Source: Squalus acanthias (taxonomy: Eukaryota). Taken from it: a DNA stretch of 64,000 nt. The position numbers and the translations under genes are program-made. Below, in pieces: positions 24,317-37,205 of the stretch. The stretch is taken from NCBI GenBank assembly GCA_030390025.1, contig CM059432.1, forward strand, positions 100,752,001 through 100,816,000, written 5' to 3'. The stretch's first letter is position 1. Each line of letters begins with the position of its first letter. A model generated the notes under the pieces. That model did not search any database. It saw nothing but the letters and a program-made list of their open reading frames with translations, and was not told the DNA's origin.

Positions 24317-26208
24317 GGGGGAAAAATTCAGTTGGTTAGCGCCTCCCGTTAGTGCCTCCGGGGGGCGCTAACGGGGCGCTAGGAACTTAGCACCGCTTGC
24401 AAAATTGACCAGTCGTTTTGCGGCAGCGCTAAACACTACTGCCACAATCTCCTGCACCCGTAGATCATGACGTCAGTCAAGCGTGCAAAGCCACAGTAGC
24501 GCCCCTGACCGGATATTGAGTCGCGCCCCCTGCCTTAGTCATAGAGTTATACAGCACAGAAAGATGCCCTTCGGCCCATCGTGTCCGCGCCGGCCATCAA
24601 GCCCTATCTATTCTAATCCCATTTTCCAGCACTTGGTCCGTAGCCTTGTATGCTATGGCGTTTCAAGTGCTCATCTAAATGCTTCTTGAATGTTGTGAGG
24701 GTTCCTGACTCTACCAACCTTTCAGGCAGTGAGTTCCAGATTCCAACCACCCTCTGGGTGAAAAAGTTTTTCCTCAAATCCCCTCTAAACCTCCTGGCCC
24801 TTACCTTGAAACTATGCCCCCTGGTTATTGACCCCTCTACTAAGTGGAAAAGTTCCTTTCTATCTACCCTATCTATGCCCCTCATAATTTTGTACACCTC
24901 AATCAGGTCCCCCCTCAGCCTTCTCTGCTCTAAGGAAAACAACCCCAGCCTGTCTAGTCTCTCTTCATAGCTGAAGCGCTCCAGCCCAGGTAATATCCTG
25001 GTGAATCTCCTCTGCACCCTATCCAATGCAATCACATCCTTCCTATAGTGTGGCGACCAGAACTGCACACAGTATTCCAGCTGTGGCCTAACTAGCGCTT
25101 TGTACAGCTCCATCATAACCTCCCTGCTCTTATATTCTATGCCTCGGCTAATGAAGGCAAGTATCCCATATGCCTTTTTAACCACCTTATCTACCTGTCC
25201 TGCTGCCTTCAGGGATTTATGTACATGCACACCAAAGTCCCTCTGATCCTCTGTCCTTCCTAGGGTCCTACCATTCATTGTGTATTCCCTTGCCTTGTTA
25301 GTCCTCCCAAAATGCATCACCTCACACTTTTCAGGGTTAAATTCCATTTGCCACTGTTCTGCCCATCTGACCAACCTGTCTATATTGTCCTGTAGCCTGA
25401 GGCTTCCCTCCTCGCTATTTACCACTCCACCAATTTTCATGTCATCTGCGAACTTACTGATCATACCTCCTACATTCATATCTAAGTCATTAATGTGCAC
25501 TACAAACAGCAAAGGACCCAGCACCGATCCCGGCGGTACACCACTGGACATAGGCTTCCAGTCACAAAAACAACCTTCGACCATCACCCTCTGCCTCCTG
25601 CCACTAAGCCAATTTTGGATCCAATGTGCCAAATTGCCCTGGATCCCATGGGCTCTTACCTTCTTGACCAGTCTCCCATGCGGGACTTCGTCAAAAGCCT
25701 TACTGAAGTCCATGTAGACCACATCAACTGTACTACCCTCATCCACACATCTAGTCACCACCTCGAAAAATTCAATCTTAGCACCTGCCGCTTGAAACAA
25801 CAGGTAGAGGGGAACGTTTTCAAGTCAGAAAGGGGCTGGGGGAGCACTATTTAAAGGCGGGCGCTTCCTGCCTTTTCTTGTCGGCAAAATATTTGGTTTT
25901 AACGCTGTCCTAAGGAGTTTGGGCCCTCAGCACCACTTTTGAGGTTCCTAAGCGCCGAGCTCTTTCCCTGGGCCTATCCATTAGTGTTTCCAACACAATT
26001 GCTTTTGAGGTTTCTCCAGGCCAAGATTCAAGGCTGCAAGGAGCAGGGTGTGGCTGGCCAGCAAGATGGCCCCTCCCCTTTAAGAACTGGATGGCGCCAG
26101 TCTGTCTGGCTTCCATGATAATTGGCATTGCCTGAGCTTCAGTAGCGTTCTGAGGTAGTGCATCGCTCCCTGATGTTTGCGCCTTAAGAGATACCGAATT
26201 TTTCCCCC
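24317..26208. mobile_element. Harbinger-type MITE family A variant containing a young CR1 insertion
   Basis: cat|GGGGGAAAAATTCAG ... CCGAATTTTTCCCCC|cat (CAT TSD); both halves resemble 53338-54220. Confidence 0.85.
24539..25776 (-). mobile_element. Young 5'-truncated CR1 LINE with an uninterrupted RT/C-terminal frame
   Basis: ORF 24613..25800 (395 aa: YMDFSKAFD, SGVPPGSVLGP, KFADD, RRLRGDLIE); cttag duplicated at both junctions. Confidence 0.96.
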
Positions 26209-26449
26209 CATATGTTTGTGCCTCACCATTAACATTACTGGTGCGGGGCAGGGAAAAAAATTTAAAATTTGCAACAAGTGTTCTTTCCATTCGTATGAGG
26301 TGGAGAATCACCTCGTTTAAACATTTCTGGGGCGTTTATTTAAAATGCTTCAAAGCCAAGCTCACACAGTAGTTGAAATCACTGCATTGATGATTCAAAG
26401 TCAAATGTCATTATTTTCTATAATAAAATATTACAGGATAATTAATTTG

Positions 26450-27285
26450 ACAGAATCACAGAATCTTATAGCACAAAAGGTGGTCATTCAGCCCATCATG
26501 CCTATGTCAGTTCCAGTTGGTTCTTTCTTCAGAGCCCTGCAAATGTTTCCTTTTCAAGTATTTATCAAATTCCCTTTTGAAAGTTACTATTGAATCTGCT
26601 TCCACCACCCTTTCAGGCACTGCATTCCAGATCATAACAACTTGCTGCATGAAAAAAATTCTCCACACGCCTCCTCGCGATCTTTTGCCAATTATCGAAA
26701 ATCTGCGTGCTTTAGCTACTGACCCAACTACAAGTGGAAACAGATTCTCCTCATCTGCTCTATCAAAACCCCTCATAATTTTGAAAATCTACTCTTCACC
26801 TTCTCTGCTCTCAGCAGAACAATCCCATCTTCTCTAGTCTCTCTGTATAACTGAAATCCCTCATCCCTGGTATCATTCTGGTAAATCTCCTCTACACCCT
26901 TTCCAATGCCTTAACTTGCCTTGCCATCTTTAAACTCTGTTCCTACACCCCCTTTGAAATTGTACCATTTAATTTATATTGCCTCTCTTCCTCCCAAAAT
27001 GAATCACTTCACGCATCTCTGCATTAAATTTCATCTGCCACGTGCCTGCCCATTTTACCAGTCTGTCTATGTCCTCCTGAAGTCTGCTACTATCCTCCTC
27101 ACTGTTTACTACATTTCCAAGTTTTGCGTCATCTGCAAACTTTGAAATTGTGCCCCCTATACCCAAGTCCAGGTCATTAATATATATCAAAAAGAGCAGT
27201 GGTTTAAATACTGACCCCGGGGGGACACCATTGCATACCTCCCTCCAGTCTGAAAAGCATCTGTTCACCACTAATCTCTGCACTT
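26450..27285 (-). mobile_element. CR1 LINE fragment with internal deletion
   Basis: ORFs 26969..27304 (KFADD) and 26507..26776. Confidence 0.9.
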
Positions 27286-30214
27286 CAATGGGGAACATTT
27301 CCAAAAGTATTAACGTATGTTGAAGTAGTACCTTGTAAAGTGCTTTGATTTACTTTCTACTATCTTTGAAACGTTATCCAGAGAGACCCATAGTAATTCA
27401 GTGTTCTGATTCTGACAATTAATCACAGAGGTTCGCTCTATGTGAAATCTCCTCAAAAGCCCAGCACTTTACCCCACTGTGTTTCAAAGTTTCAAACACT
27501 CGAATTTTTTCATTCAATACATTCTTTCTAGGTGCCTTATTTAAAAGATTGAAAGAAGAAACCACCATAAACAAAGAATGAGTAATTGGACAAATGATCC
27601 AAAAGAACACTTTTTCAGTTATTAATGCTATAATTATCAGAAAATGCAAGTAATTCAGACTAACATCAGTAAAACATAATGTTAGCAGCAACTTGTTTTT
27701 CTTAAATGTGAAAATGTTGCCATCAGATTTGCTTATGACATATCATAACACTTTGCTTTAAAATTCTAAATGACAATCATAAAATAAGATCATTAAATGA
27801 CATTTATTACACAATGGACTACAGATGGAAAGCTAGAATCACTTATTTAAAAAATGCAGAATAGGTTGTGAACTTCTAATCATTTATTCAACATTATTAT
27901 GCCTCAGGTAGCCAGAAGACATTCAGAACTGTAATTAATGAATGACCAGAGGGAATTATTTTTATTAATGCCCTCAATCAACTTCCTGGATCTACTGTAA
28001 TATGCAAAGCATGGCTGGAGGACGGCAGAAGGCAAATTAAGACTTTATGTTATGTAGAAATGACAGAGGTTTAATTAGTTTCCTGCCCAAAACAAGGCAT
28101 GCTTGCTGTTACCTTCTCACTCATCTTTTATGCAATTAAATTTTAACACAACTTTCTGGAATAAATTTCCACCAAAAAAAAACATTGCATGAAGCTTTCC
28201 AATGCTCATTGAAGGAAAGGGAGAAGATTAAAGTTGACTGTTTTGTAAAAGCAATCAAGAAATGCATTCTAATTGACTAATAATGAAGAGATGTATCTTA
28301 ATGGACAAAACTTTGGCAAGATCAAGGAAATGCAAAACAGGGTGAAAATGAAGGAATTCAGCAATGCATTAATGATCACTCATCTTTACAGAGGGTATAA
28401 ATAAATAGAAGCATCATTCACTTTCTCAATGAATTACCAGACAAATAATCATTTGCTCAGACAAGCAGATATTGTGTTAATCTGTAAAGACAAGCACTCA
28501 GGCTGGTCTTTATCCACATTCTTTTTACTCCCTTGAAAAATTGTTGCCTTCTTCAGTTTGAATGGTTGAAGACCAGAGTACACTGCCATCATTTGACTCC
28601 ATGGACCCAAAAATCCACATTTTCTTTGAAGCAAAAGTGAGGTACTTCTGATCTAGGTTGGAATTTAGTGTGTAAGTCAGATATGCTCGAGTTACGCCCA
28701 TTCTAAATGACATGGAGCCTTTACACATTGAGTTCACTATGTGCGTTCTCATACATGTCATTATGATGGAGACTGAACAGGACCAGGATGAAGAGGAAGT
28801 GAGCGAGGCACACAGGATAAGGTTGGGTTAGGCATTGGGTTAGATGACTGCTATCATTCTCTCCAAACAATCCCTCAAGACTCGAAGGACAGTGATTAAA
28901 GCATCTACTTGGTTGCACTGAAATATCTGAAGGCCTTGCTGAGATGCAAATATTCCTGGTGCCTTCACCCATTCCAGTTGGTGCTGCATTGTACTAAATA
29001 ATCTGGGATATTGGCACTGAGAATGGCACTGGACTTTGCCATGACCACTGCCACCTGTCTCAGGTCCTCTAAGATAGTCCTCAGTGCATTCATGTGAGTG
29101 TAATGTTCATTTAGCATCTTTCCCCAGAGACTTGAGACTTTAGGCTTTGGAGTCAGAATTTGATTTCTGCAGTGCCTCCACTCTCTGATGTCAGGTCCCA
29201 CTGTCTCCCATTTTCTGACTCCTCTAGTACTGTGAGCGTAATGAATGAAGGACTGCCACACATATAAAGAGGCTGCATGGAAGGGTGATGTGGAGCAGCT
29301 GGCTTACATTTGCAGCTCTGGTGAGGTTGTTAAACTTCATCCTACACTTCAAAGGAGCCCTGGGGTTCAAGGAGGCGGCAATCACTGCCACAGCTACCAT
29401 TCTTCACAGAGTGTGCATCATGTTTGGAGGGTTTTCATCCTCAGGCCCTAAATAACCCATCCTTCCATATCTCTGTAAGGAGTCATCCCAGGTCAGACTC
29501 CCTGACGTTTCCCAGTTTTTCCTTCAATCTGGCTACCATCCTTGTAACCCAGGTTGCCTGCTTGCTTCTTTAAGCAGCAGTAGCAAGTTTCACATCTTGC
29601 TGCTGCACCAGGACTCTGCCACCCTCTACTCATTTTCCACATGTTTCCATTTGGTAAACATTTTGCCTCCGATAGAATTTTCTGGGCTTTCTGAGGGAGT
29701 GCAGGTTGAATTTACACAACATACATGCCTCTTAATATGATAATTATCTGATCCAGCAATTTACTTTAGAATTCGTCCCAGTATGTCATGGCGGATGCAA
29801 GTCAGTGCCCTGCCTCACTGGCAGCACAATGATACTCTCAGAATTTCAGACTCCAAAACAACAAGACTGTTTTGCAATCTGTGATATCCTGATATGGATT
29901 CAATCATCCTAGAGTAGGGCAAATACGATTCCATAGTCTTGAGATGCTGTACTGGATAAAATTTCTATTTGTTTTTTATAATATACAGGATAAATTTAAA
30001 TATAAAACACATATATAAAAGCATGGAATGTAATACCCTGATGGGAAGTTCGTCAGACAAGCTTCTACCTCCTGCAGATAAATCTTGTATTAATCAATAC
30101 TGAAGCCTCGTTTGAAATATTGGGGTAATTAAGTGAGGCATTACTCCCAGAATAGAACCAAGCCATAGCCCTAATCTTCTGATCTGTGTTTGCAGCTGTC
30201 AAAACTGCATGCCA

Positions 30215-30700
30215 TGAATACAGCTGTACAAAAGTACCTCCATTGAGTCCAATTTTGAGCACCATACCTTAAAAAGGACATTGATGCAGTTCAGAAAAGA
30301 GCAGCAAGGATGATATTGGGACTTAAGACACTAAGCTATGAGAAAAGACTCCAATATTGAATATGTTTTCATTGGAGATAGGATGATTTGGGGGAGGGGA
30401 TTTCATAGGGGAGGGCTGATCCAAGCCTTTTGAAAAGCTGAGAAGCACAGATGATGTAAATGTAACAAGACTACTTGACTTTGACTATAAAAGTAGAACT
30501 AGAGAACTCAGGTTTAACATTAAAAAGCCTCAAGCAAGGCTAAAGATTTGAAGAAATATTCCTTCCCACAGAGCAGTGAATATGTGTAACAGATTCCCAA
30601 CAAAAACAGCTAGCACCATGTGAATTTACTCAGTTGAATATAGCTAGATACATATCCAGGTAGGATTTAAGAGTATAGGGATTGGCACACACTGAGATGG
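30215..30700 (+). mobile_element. Old, degraded CR1 3' fragment
   Basis: Degenerate motifs gcaccataccttaaaaaggacattgatgcagttcagaaaagagcagcaaggatgat and agaactagagaactc. Confidence 0.65.
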
Positions 30701-31272
30701 TCAAACATTCCTGGGACATGATGGTTGTTGTACTCCAAGGACAAGGGGTAGGGAGGGGATGGGTGAAATATTGTCTGTGGAAGTCTGCCAGCCAAGGCTG
30801 AATGAATATGTTGGGATGGATAGGCATTCTTACTTTTGGTTGATTACCTTTGGGAATGAGAGTACTCAGGCTGAATAAAAGAGTTCAATAATGGGATAGA
30901 TTATGCATGATCAATGGAAGGAGTGGGCTTTTTCAGCAAAATGGCCTTTTCTCATTTTTTATTTTTTTAAAGTTTTTTCTTTCTTGTGTTCAGAACAAAC
31001 TCAACCTAATCAGGAATATTCTGATCTACACAAGGACCAAATTTCTTAATTTGCACCACAATGTCTGCAGCACTTGGATTCTTAGCGATGAAGCAGATGA
31101 AAAGGAGAGACCTCTGTTTCTGTGATATTTGGGAAGACTTTTGGCCTTTCCAAGTGCGTGAGCCTGACTTACTAGCTGGAAACATCAGAAATACCTTGAC
31201 AGAAGCACTATGCAACATTAAATACTAAGTAACTATTTTACAGTGGTGGTTTGTCATCATATTAGGGCCCTG

Positions 31273-31892
31273 GGGGGAAAAATTGAGTCGCGCCCCCTTT
31301 GGCCGAAATTCATCGGGAGCGCCCCAAGAGGGAAGCGGGGCGTGCCGCGGAACTGCAGGCCTTCCTCCCCTTCTTAAAGGGGAGGGGCCTTGTGCAGCAC
31401 GACCTCGGGCCCAGCTGGGCCACCAGGGATTGGAGTGCTGGCAAAAGAGCCCGGCACTCAAGAGAAGTGCCGGGCTCAGGGAGCGCTGCCGGCACTCCAC
31501 GGGGGGGCTGAAGCGGAGGCCGGGGACGGCAACGAGGGCAGGTGCTGGCAGGCGGCCAGCAACTAAAATGGCCGCCCGGCACCTCGTCTTTAATTAGCGC
31601 CGCCCTGGCCGCAGGTAGACCCCCCTGACCCCATCGGACATCATGTCCGGCGGTAAGTCAGGGGACGCTACCGAAGATCGCAGCCGGGGCGCGAGCGGGG
31701 CGCTGCGCACGGCGATGTCATCGCCGGCGGCGCAGCGCCGTGGGGTGCTAACGGTTACCGCCACCGCTAACCTCCCACTGAATTTCGCGGGAGGCGTTGG
31801 CGGCACCGCGCCCAGGCGCTAGTTGCTTTGCGCCCCGTTAGCGCCCTTTTAGGGCGCTAACGGGAGGCACAAAGCAACCGAATTTTCCCCCC
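31273..31892. mobile_element. GC-rich Harbinger-type MITE family B
   Basis: ctg|GGGGGAAAAATTG ... GAATTTTCCCCCC|ctg (CTG TSD); colinear with 52167-52875. Confidence 0.88.
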
Positions 31893-31953
31893 CTGGTGTT
31901 TCTGTATTAATGCAGTATGTTATTTCCTTAGTACGTAATAAATCAGAAACAAC

Positions 31954-34556
31954 GCGCTGAATTTTGCCGGGGGTCAGCGGGTGTGATGGGAAAGTGTTTT
32001 TTTTCCCCCAGCGGGTCGGGTCCCCGCTGTGAACCCACTGCCACGCGACTTTCCCCAATGTCGGGTCTGTCAGAGCTGAGCAGACACGACACACAGCGGC
32101 GGGGGAGGCAATTAAAATCATTAGTGGCTTATTTACAGCCTTCTCAATGGTTTTTTCCAAGCTTTTTGGATTTGACAGGTTGCCCCACCGGTTTCCCGCT
32201 GTGTCTGTGAAGCTGAGATGGGAGGTCAGTGGCCACTGAATTAGCTGATAAGTTGACAGCTTCAAATGTCAAGTCAGAGCTCCCATCTGATTGAGATATG
32301 TTCCCTTAACCACTAGCTTCTCTAAACTGCATTTCCACTGCAGATTCAGGTCTTTACACAAGTCTCCATTCAGTCTGACCTCATTAACTCTCCCACCATT
32401 CTGTCATCTCCACTTCACCTGCCATCTAATCCATCAGCATGGCTGCACATGAAACTTTCTCACCTTGGTATTCAGAATCCCACCAGGATCAGCCCCAAAA
32501 CCAGCAGCACCAGGCACACCACCACCAACCTTCTCCGCAATCACCTGATGCTGCACAGGACAGAGGGCATCAGCACCCGACCACATTGCTGGAGGTTAGG
32601 GATGGGCTCACCATGGCCAGATTTACTTCAGATGCACCAGGTTGGCACCAGCCCACACCAACACCATAAAGCATCCCTACAATGCCCAAGCCATTCCTTT
32701 CACACTCATCACCATTGCGGGGGGTACCGTTATATCTCACCATTCACTGCAAGTCACTAACCCACTTCCAAAAAGGCACACATATCTGTCCAAGAATGCA
32801 AAGTGTTGAAGATAGAGGTTTCAATGTTTGACACCACATTAACAGAAAATTTACATGAACATTGCATAGTTGGTATGATTGCACTAGGATCAGGGTGAGT
32901 GTCAGGGGTGGCTAGTGAGATGGGGAAGTGATAATGTAGACAGAGAGGGATGGGTGGAGGTGCAAGGTAAGTTGGTGTGAGTAAGGATGTGCAGGAGTAG
33001 GGTAGGGAAGGCAGAGTGATGGGGATGTGATGAGAGGCACAGCAGGATGAGGTTAAGTGTGGCTTTGTACGTACGTTTCATGATCTGCGGAGATCATTGA
33101 AACGTTTGTGGCACTGCACCCAGGTCCTCCTGACCACATCCCTGCTTCTGCCCTCCTCTTCAATGTGCAACCAGGCTGTGCTGATCTCCTATGGATGTCT
33201 CTTCCACCCATGGGAAGGGAAGAGGACCTCCCTGCGTGATGTGACTCCCTCCATAAGCATATGGAGGGAGTCATGGGAGAGCCTAGGTGCAGCCCTGCAC
33301 CTCTATGCAGTGCTTGTCAGTGTTTGCAGCACCTCAATGCTGTAGCACAAATGTCAACATAAAGTTGGCCACGGTCCCTTTAAGGAAACCGGCAAATGAC
33401 TGGGTCCCTTGCTGCTTATCATGCACATTAATGATTTAGATATGAATGTAGGAGGTATGATCAGTAAGTTCGCAGATGACACGAAAATTGGTGGAGTGGT
33501 AAATAGCGAGGAGGGAAGCCTCAGGCTACAGGACGATATAGATGGGTTGGTTAGATGGGCAGAACAGTGGCAAATGAAATTTAACCCTGAAAAGTGTGAG
33601 GTGATGCATTTTGGGAGGACTAACAAGGCAAGGGAATACACAATGAATGGTAGGACCCTAGGAAGGACAGAGGATCAGAGGAACCTTGGTGTGCATGTAC
33701 ATAGATCCCTGAAGGCAGCAGGACAGGTAGATAAGGTGGTTAAAAAGGCATATGGGATACTTGCCTTCATTAGCTGAGGCATAGAATATAAGAGCAGGGA
33801 GGTTATGATGGAGCTGCACAAAACGCTAGTTAGGCCACAGCTGGAATACTGTGTGCAGTTCTGGTCGCCACAGGAAGGATGTAATTGCATTAGAGAGAGT
33901 GCAGAGGAGATTCACCAGGATGTTACCTGGGCTGGAGCAATTCAGCTATGAAGAGAGACTGGACAGGCTGGGGTTGTTTTCCTTAGAGCAGAGAAGGCTG
34001 AGGGGGGACCTGATTGAGGTGTACAAAATTATGAGGGGCATAGATAGGGTAGATAGAAAGGAACTTTTCCCCTTAGTAGAGGGGTCAATAACCAGGGGGC
34101 ATAGTTTCAAGGTAAGGTGCAGGAGGTTTAGAGGGGATTTGAGGAAAAACTTTTTCACCCAGAGGGTGGTTGGAATCTGGAACTCACTGCCTGAAAAGGG
34201 TGGTAGAGGCAGGAACCCTCACAACATTCAAGAAGCATTTAGATGAGCACTTGAAATGCCATAGCATACAAGGCTACGGACCAAGTGCTGGAAAATGGGA
34301 TTAGAATAGATAGGGCTTGATGGCCGGCGCAGACACAATGGGCCTCTTTCTGTGCTGTATAACTCTATGACTATGACGCATCATTAAATGTCACCAGACC
34401 CGCTTCCTCTAATTGGCCGGCAAACGCGCTGGGCGGGCTTAACAAGCCCAATCAGGGGAAATTCATGTCAGAGACCGGGATGGAGACAGCAACGGGGTCA
34501 GGACCCGCCATCGACGTCGCCCGCCACGACTCGCCGAGGTTCGTAAAATCGCGGCC
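31954..34556. mobile_element. Non-autonomous Harbinger derivative (second copy of the 9231-10919 family) carrying a CR1 insertion
   Basis: Ends GCGCTGAATTTT ... AAAATCGCGGCC; colinear with 9231-10919; ORF 32439..32669 contains LEVRDGLTMARF; Myb remnant at about 33070-33300 on -. Confidence 0.85.
33401..34372 (+). mobile_element. Young 5'-truncated CR1 LINE, same subfamily as 24539-25776
   Basis: ORFs 33409..33777 and 33851..34246 are nearly identical to ORF 24613..25800; atgac duplicated at both junctions. Confidence 0.95.
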
Positions 34557-34892
34557 ATTCTTCTTGAAGTCATACAGAATCTAATCAGTCCAATGAAATG
34601 TTGTTGCAGTTATTCTGATGATTACGTGTCCAATACAAAGAAAACGTAATATGTCTGTCATCATTCAATTGACATCTAATTAATAAATTTAATTCCACTA
34701 ACTGGTGAGCTTGTTGAAGGAAGTATCAGCAATGATGGTGTTCTGACATTTAAAAGTTGATGAATGCAGAGATATTGTGGTGTTAGTAAGTCAAACAAAA
34801 ACTTACAAAATATGTTAGCTACGAGAAGGCCGAGCTAAATTATCAACTTATGATGTAGAACAAGGAATACAGAATTCATCATTTAGGAACAA

Positions 34893-35052
34893 AGGCTCCG
34901 AGTTTCCACAGGATTCTCCCAATCTCCTGCCATAACTTCAGCAGGCGATCGGTGGAACCCCTGGAGAAGTGGCGTCAAGTAGCTGTTTTTAGCTGTTTTA
35001 CACCATTTCTCCAAGGGTCCTACCAGAGAACACCTGTGGAAATTCCAGACAA
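34893..35052. mobile_element. Short palindromic MITE-like element
   Basis: Arms gagtttccacagg and cctgtggaaattc, with inner arms ctggagaagtggcgt and acaccatttctccaa. Confidence 0.55.
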
Positions 35053-35341
35053 AAATGTTTATTTTCTGACATCAATGCACAAAATGATGTTGTCCCATTT
35101 ATTTCAAAATATTTGTTCCTCTGTCCGTTTTCGTTCATTACTATTTACACCCTCTCCCTCGTCTGGGCCATGCACCATTTCTGGTCAATATCAAAAGGTC
35201 AGACAGCTGATTGGTGCCTAATTTTAAATAATGTTGTTTTTGAGTTGGAAATTTACAAGAGCAACGTCAACTGACTTAGCTTCAGATTTCCATCAGCTTC
35301 CAAAAGATTGTTGATATCATCTCCCTTAACATGAAATCCAT

Positions 35342-35527
35342 GGGGTAAATTTTCATCTTCACTGCATGGGTGGTAATTTGGTGAAGCAGAGTGCCCACCT
35401 ATTGTAGAAACCATCTGATTTTGATTCCACTGACTTCAACTAAATGAAAATCAGGCAGATTCTATCATGAGCGCTCGATCTACTCCACCAGATTAATGCC
35501 CATGGGGTTAAGATGAAAATTTACTGC
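35342..35527. mobile_element. Short palindromic MITE (about 185 bp)
   Basis: GGGGTAAATTTTCATCTT ... AAGATGAAAATTTACTGC; inner arms ctgatttt and aaaatcag. Related pieces at about 59140-59268 and 6170-6260. Confidence 0.65.
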
Positions 35528-35744
35528 ATCATTTCTAATCCATTAAAAGTGTACAATTCCAGTGGGTTCAGCTTGCCAATAATAATGTGCATGAATCTAA
35601 TTGTATGAGGTGATTTTTCAATTTCAGTATCAGTCCATCTCACTATGATATCTATAATTTTACAATGTCACTGTTTATGGACAACCTTAAAGGATCAATC
35701 TTCACAGACAAGCTTTCTTTCACTAAATTAAGAAAACACTTGGA

Positions 35745-37205
35745 GGAACCAAGTGGTACAGTGGTTTAGCACTCTGGTCATAAAAACATAGAAAAATAGG
35801 AGCAGGAGTAGGCCATTTGGCCCTTCGAGACTGCTCCGCCATTCAATATGATCATGGTTGATCCTATATCTCAATACCATATTCCCGCTCTCTCCCCATA
35901 CCCCTTGATGCCTTTTGCTTCTAGAAATCTATCTATCTCCTTCTTAAATATATTCAGTGACTTGGCCTCCACAGCCTTCTGTGGTAGAGAATTCCACAGG
36001 TTCACCACCCTCTGAGTGAAGAAATTTCTCCTCATCTCAGTCCTAAATGTCCTAACCCGTATCCTGAGACTGTGACCCCTCGGTCTAGAGCCCCCAGCCA
36101 GGAGAAACATCCTCCCTGCATCCAGTCTGTCTAGCCATGTCAGAATTTTATACGTTTCAATGAGATCCCCTCTCATTCTTCGAAACTCTAGTGAATACAG
36201 GCCTAGTCGACCCAATCTCTCCTCATACGACAGTCCTGCCATCCCAGGAATCAGTCTGGTGAACCTTCGCTGCACTCCCTCTATGGCAACTATATCCTTT
36301 CTTAGGTAAGGAGACCAAAACTGCACACAGTACTCCAGGTGTGGTCTCACCAAGGCCCTGTATAACTGTAGTAAGACATCCTTGCTCCTGTACTCAAATC
36401 CTCTTGCAATGAAGGCCAACATACCATTTGCCTTCCTAACTGCTTGCTGCACCTGCATGTTTGCTTTCAGTGACTGGTGTACAAGGACACCCAGGTCCCT
36501 CTGTACATCAACATTTCCCAATCTATCACCATTTAAATAATACTCTGCCTTTCTGTTTTTCCTACCGAAGTGGATAACTTCACATTTATCCACGTTATAC
36601 TGCATCTGCCATGTATTTGCCCACTCACTCAACTTATCTAAATCACCTTGAAGCCTCTTTGCATCCTCCTCACAACTCACAATCCCACCTAGTTTCGTGT
36701 CATCAGCAAACTTGGAAATATTACATTTGGTTCCCTCATCCAAATCATTGATATATATTGTGAATAGCTGGGGCCCAAGCACTGATCCCTGCGGTACCCC
36801 ACTAGTCATCGCCTGCCACCCCGAAAAAGACCCATTTATTCCTACTCCTTTACCTCTGGGACCTAGGATTGAATCCAATCCTGAATGATTGAATTAAGCA
36901 ATATGTGATAGGGTAGATCCAGAGTACAAAACTGAACTAGTTGTGCACTAATTGGCAATAATTTAATAATTTCATTCAGCTAGACCATAATGCATTTGTA
37001 TTGCAAAAGGAAATAGGGTTCTATTCTGTAGCTGTGCTTACGACACATTGTTGGGGTTGTATGGAGGGACTTTTATCGAACATCTAAACCATGCTGCTAC
37101 ATCTAACTGTAAATTGTTCAATGTTGATTTTGAGTATAAAATAAAATAGGAAATATTTGATTCCACACACGGATAATCTTTGTCTTGATTTGGACCAAAA
37201 ATTCA
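35745..37205 (+). mobile_element. Ancient tRNA-headed SINE (LF-SINE-like) split by a CR1
   Basis: Head gtggtacagtggtttagcactctggtc joins ctttacctctgggacctaggattgaatcc across the CR1; downstream gcactaattggca and acacattgttggggttgtatggaggga resemble LF-SINE motifs as I recall them. Confidence 0.55.
35779..36847 (-). mobile_element. Young 5'-truncated CR1 LINE with an open RT/C-terminal frame
   Basis: ORF 35871..36878 (335 aa, [11 protein letters not shown] to NLWNSLP); 3' UTR nearly identical to 2281-2610. Confidence 0.96.

Noticed and set aside
24613..25800. Long RT ORFs (also 35871..36878) as host genes or a retron/DGR-like system
   Set aside because: They are 5'-truncated CR1 ORF2 fragments with typical CR1 3' UTRs and tails, and many degraded paralogues lie in the window.
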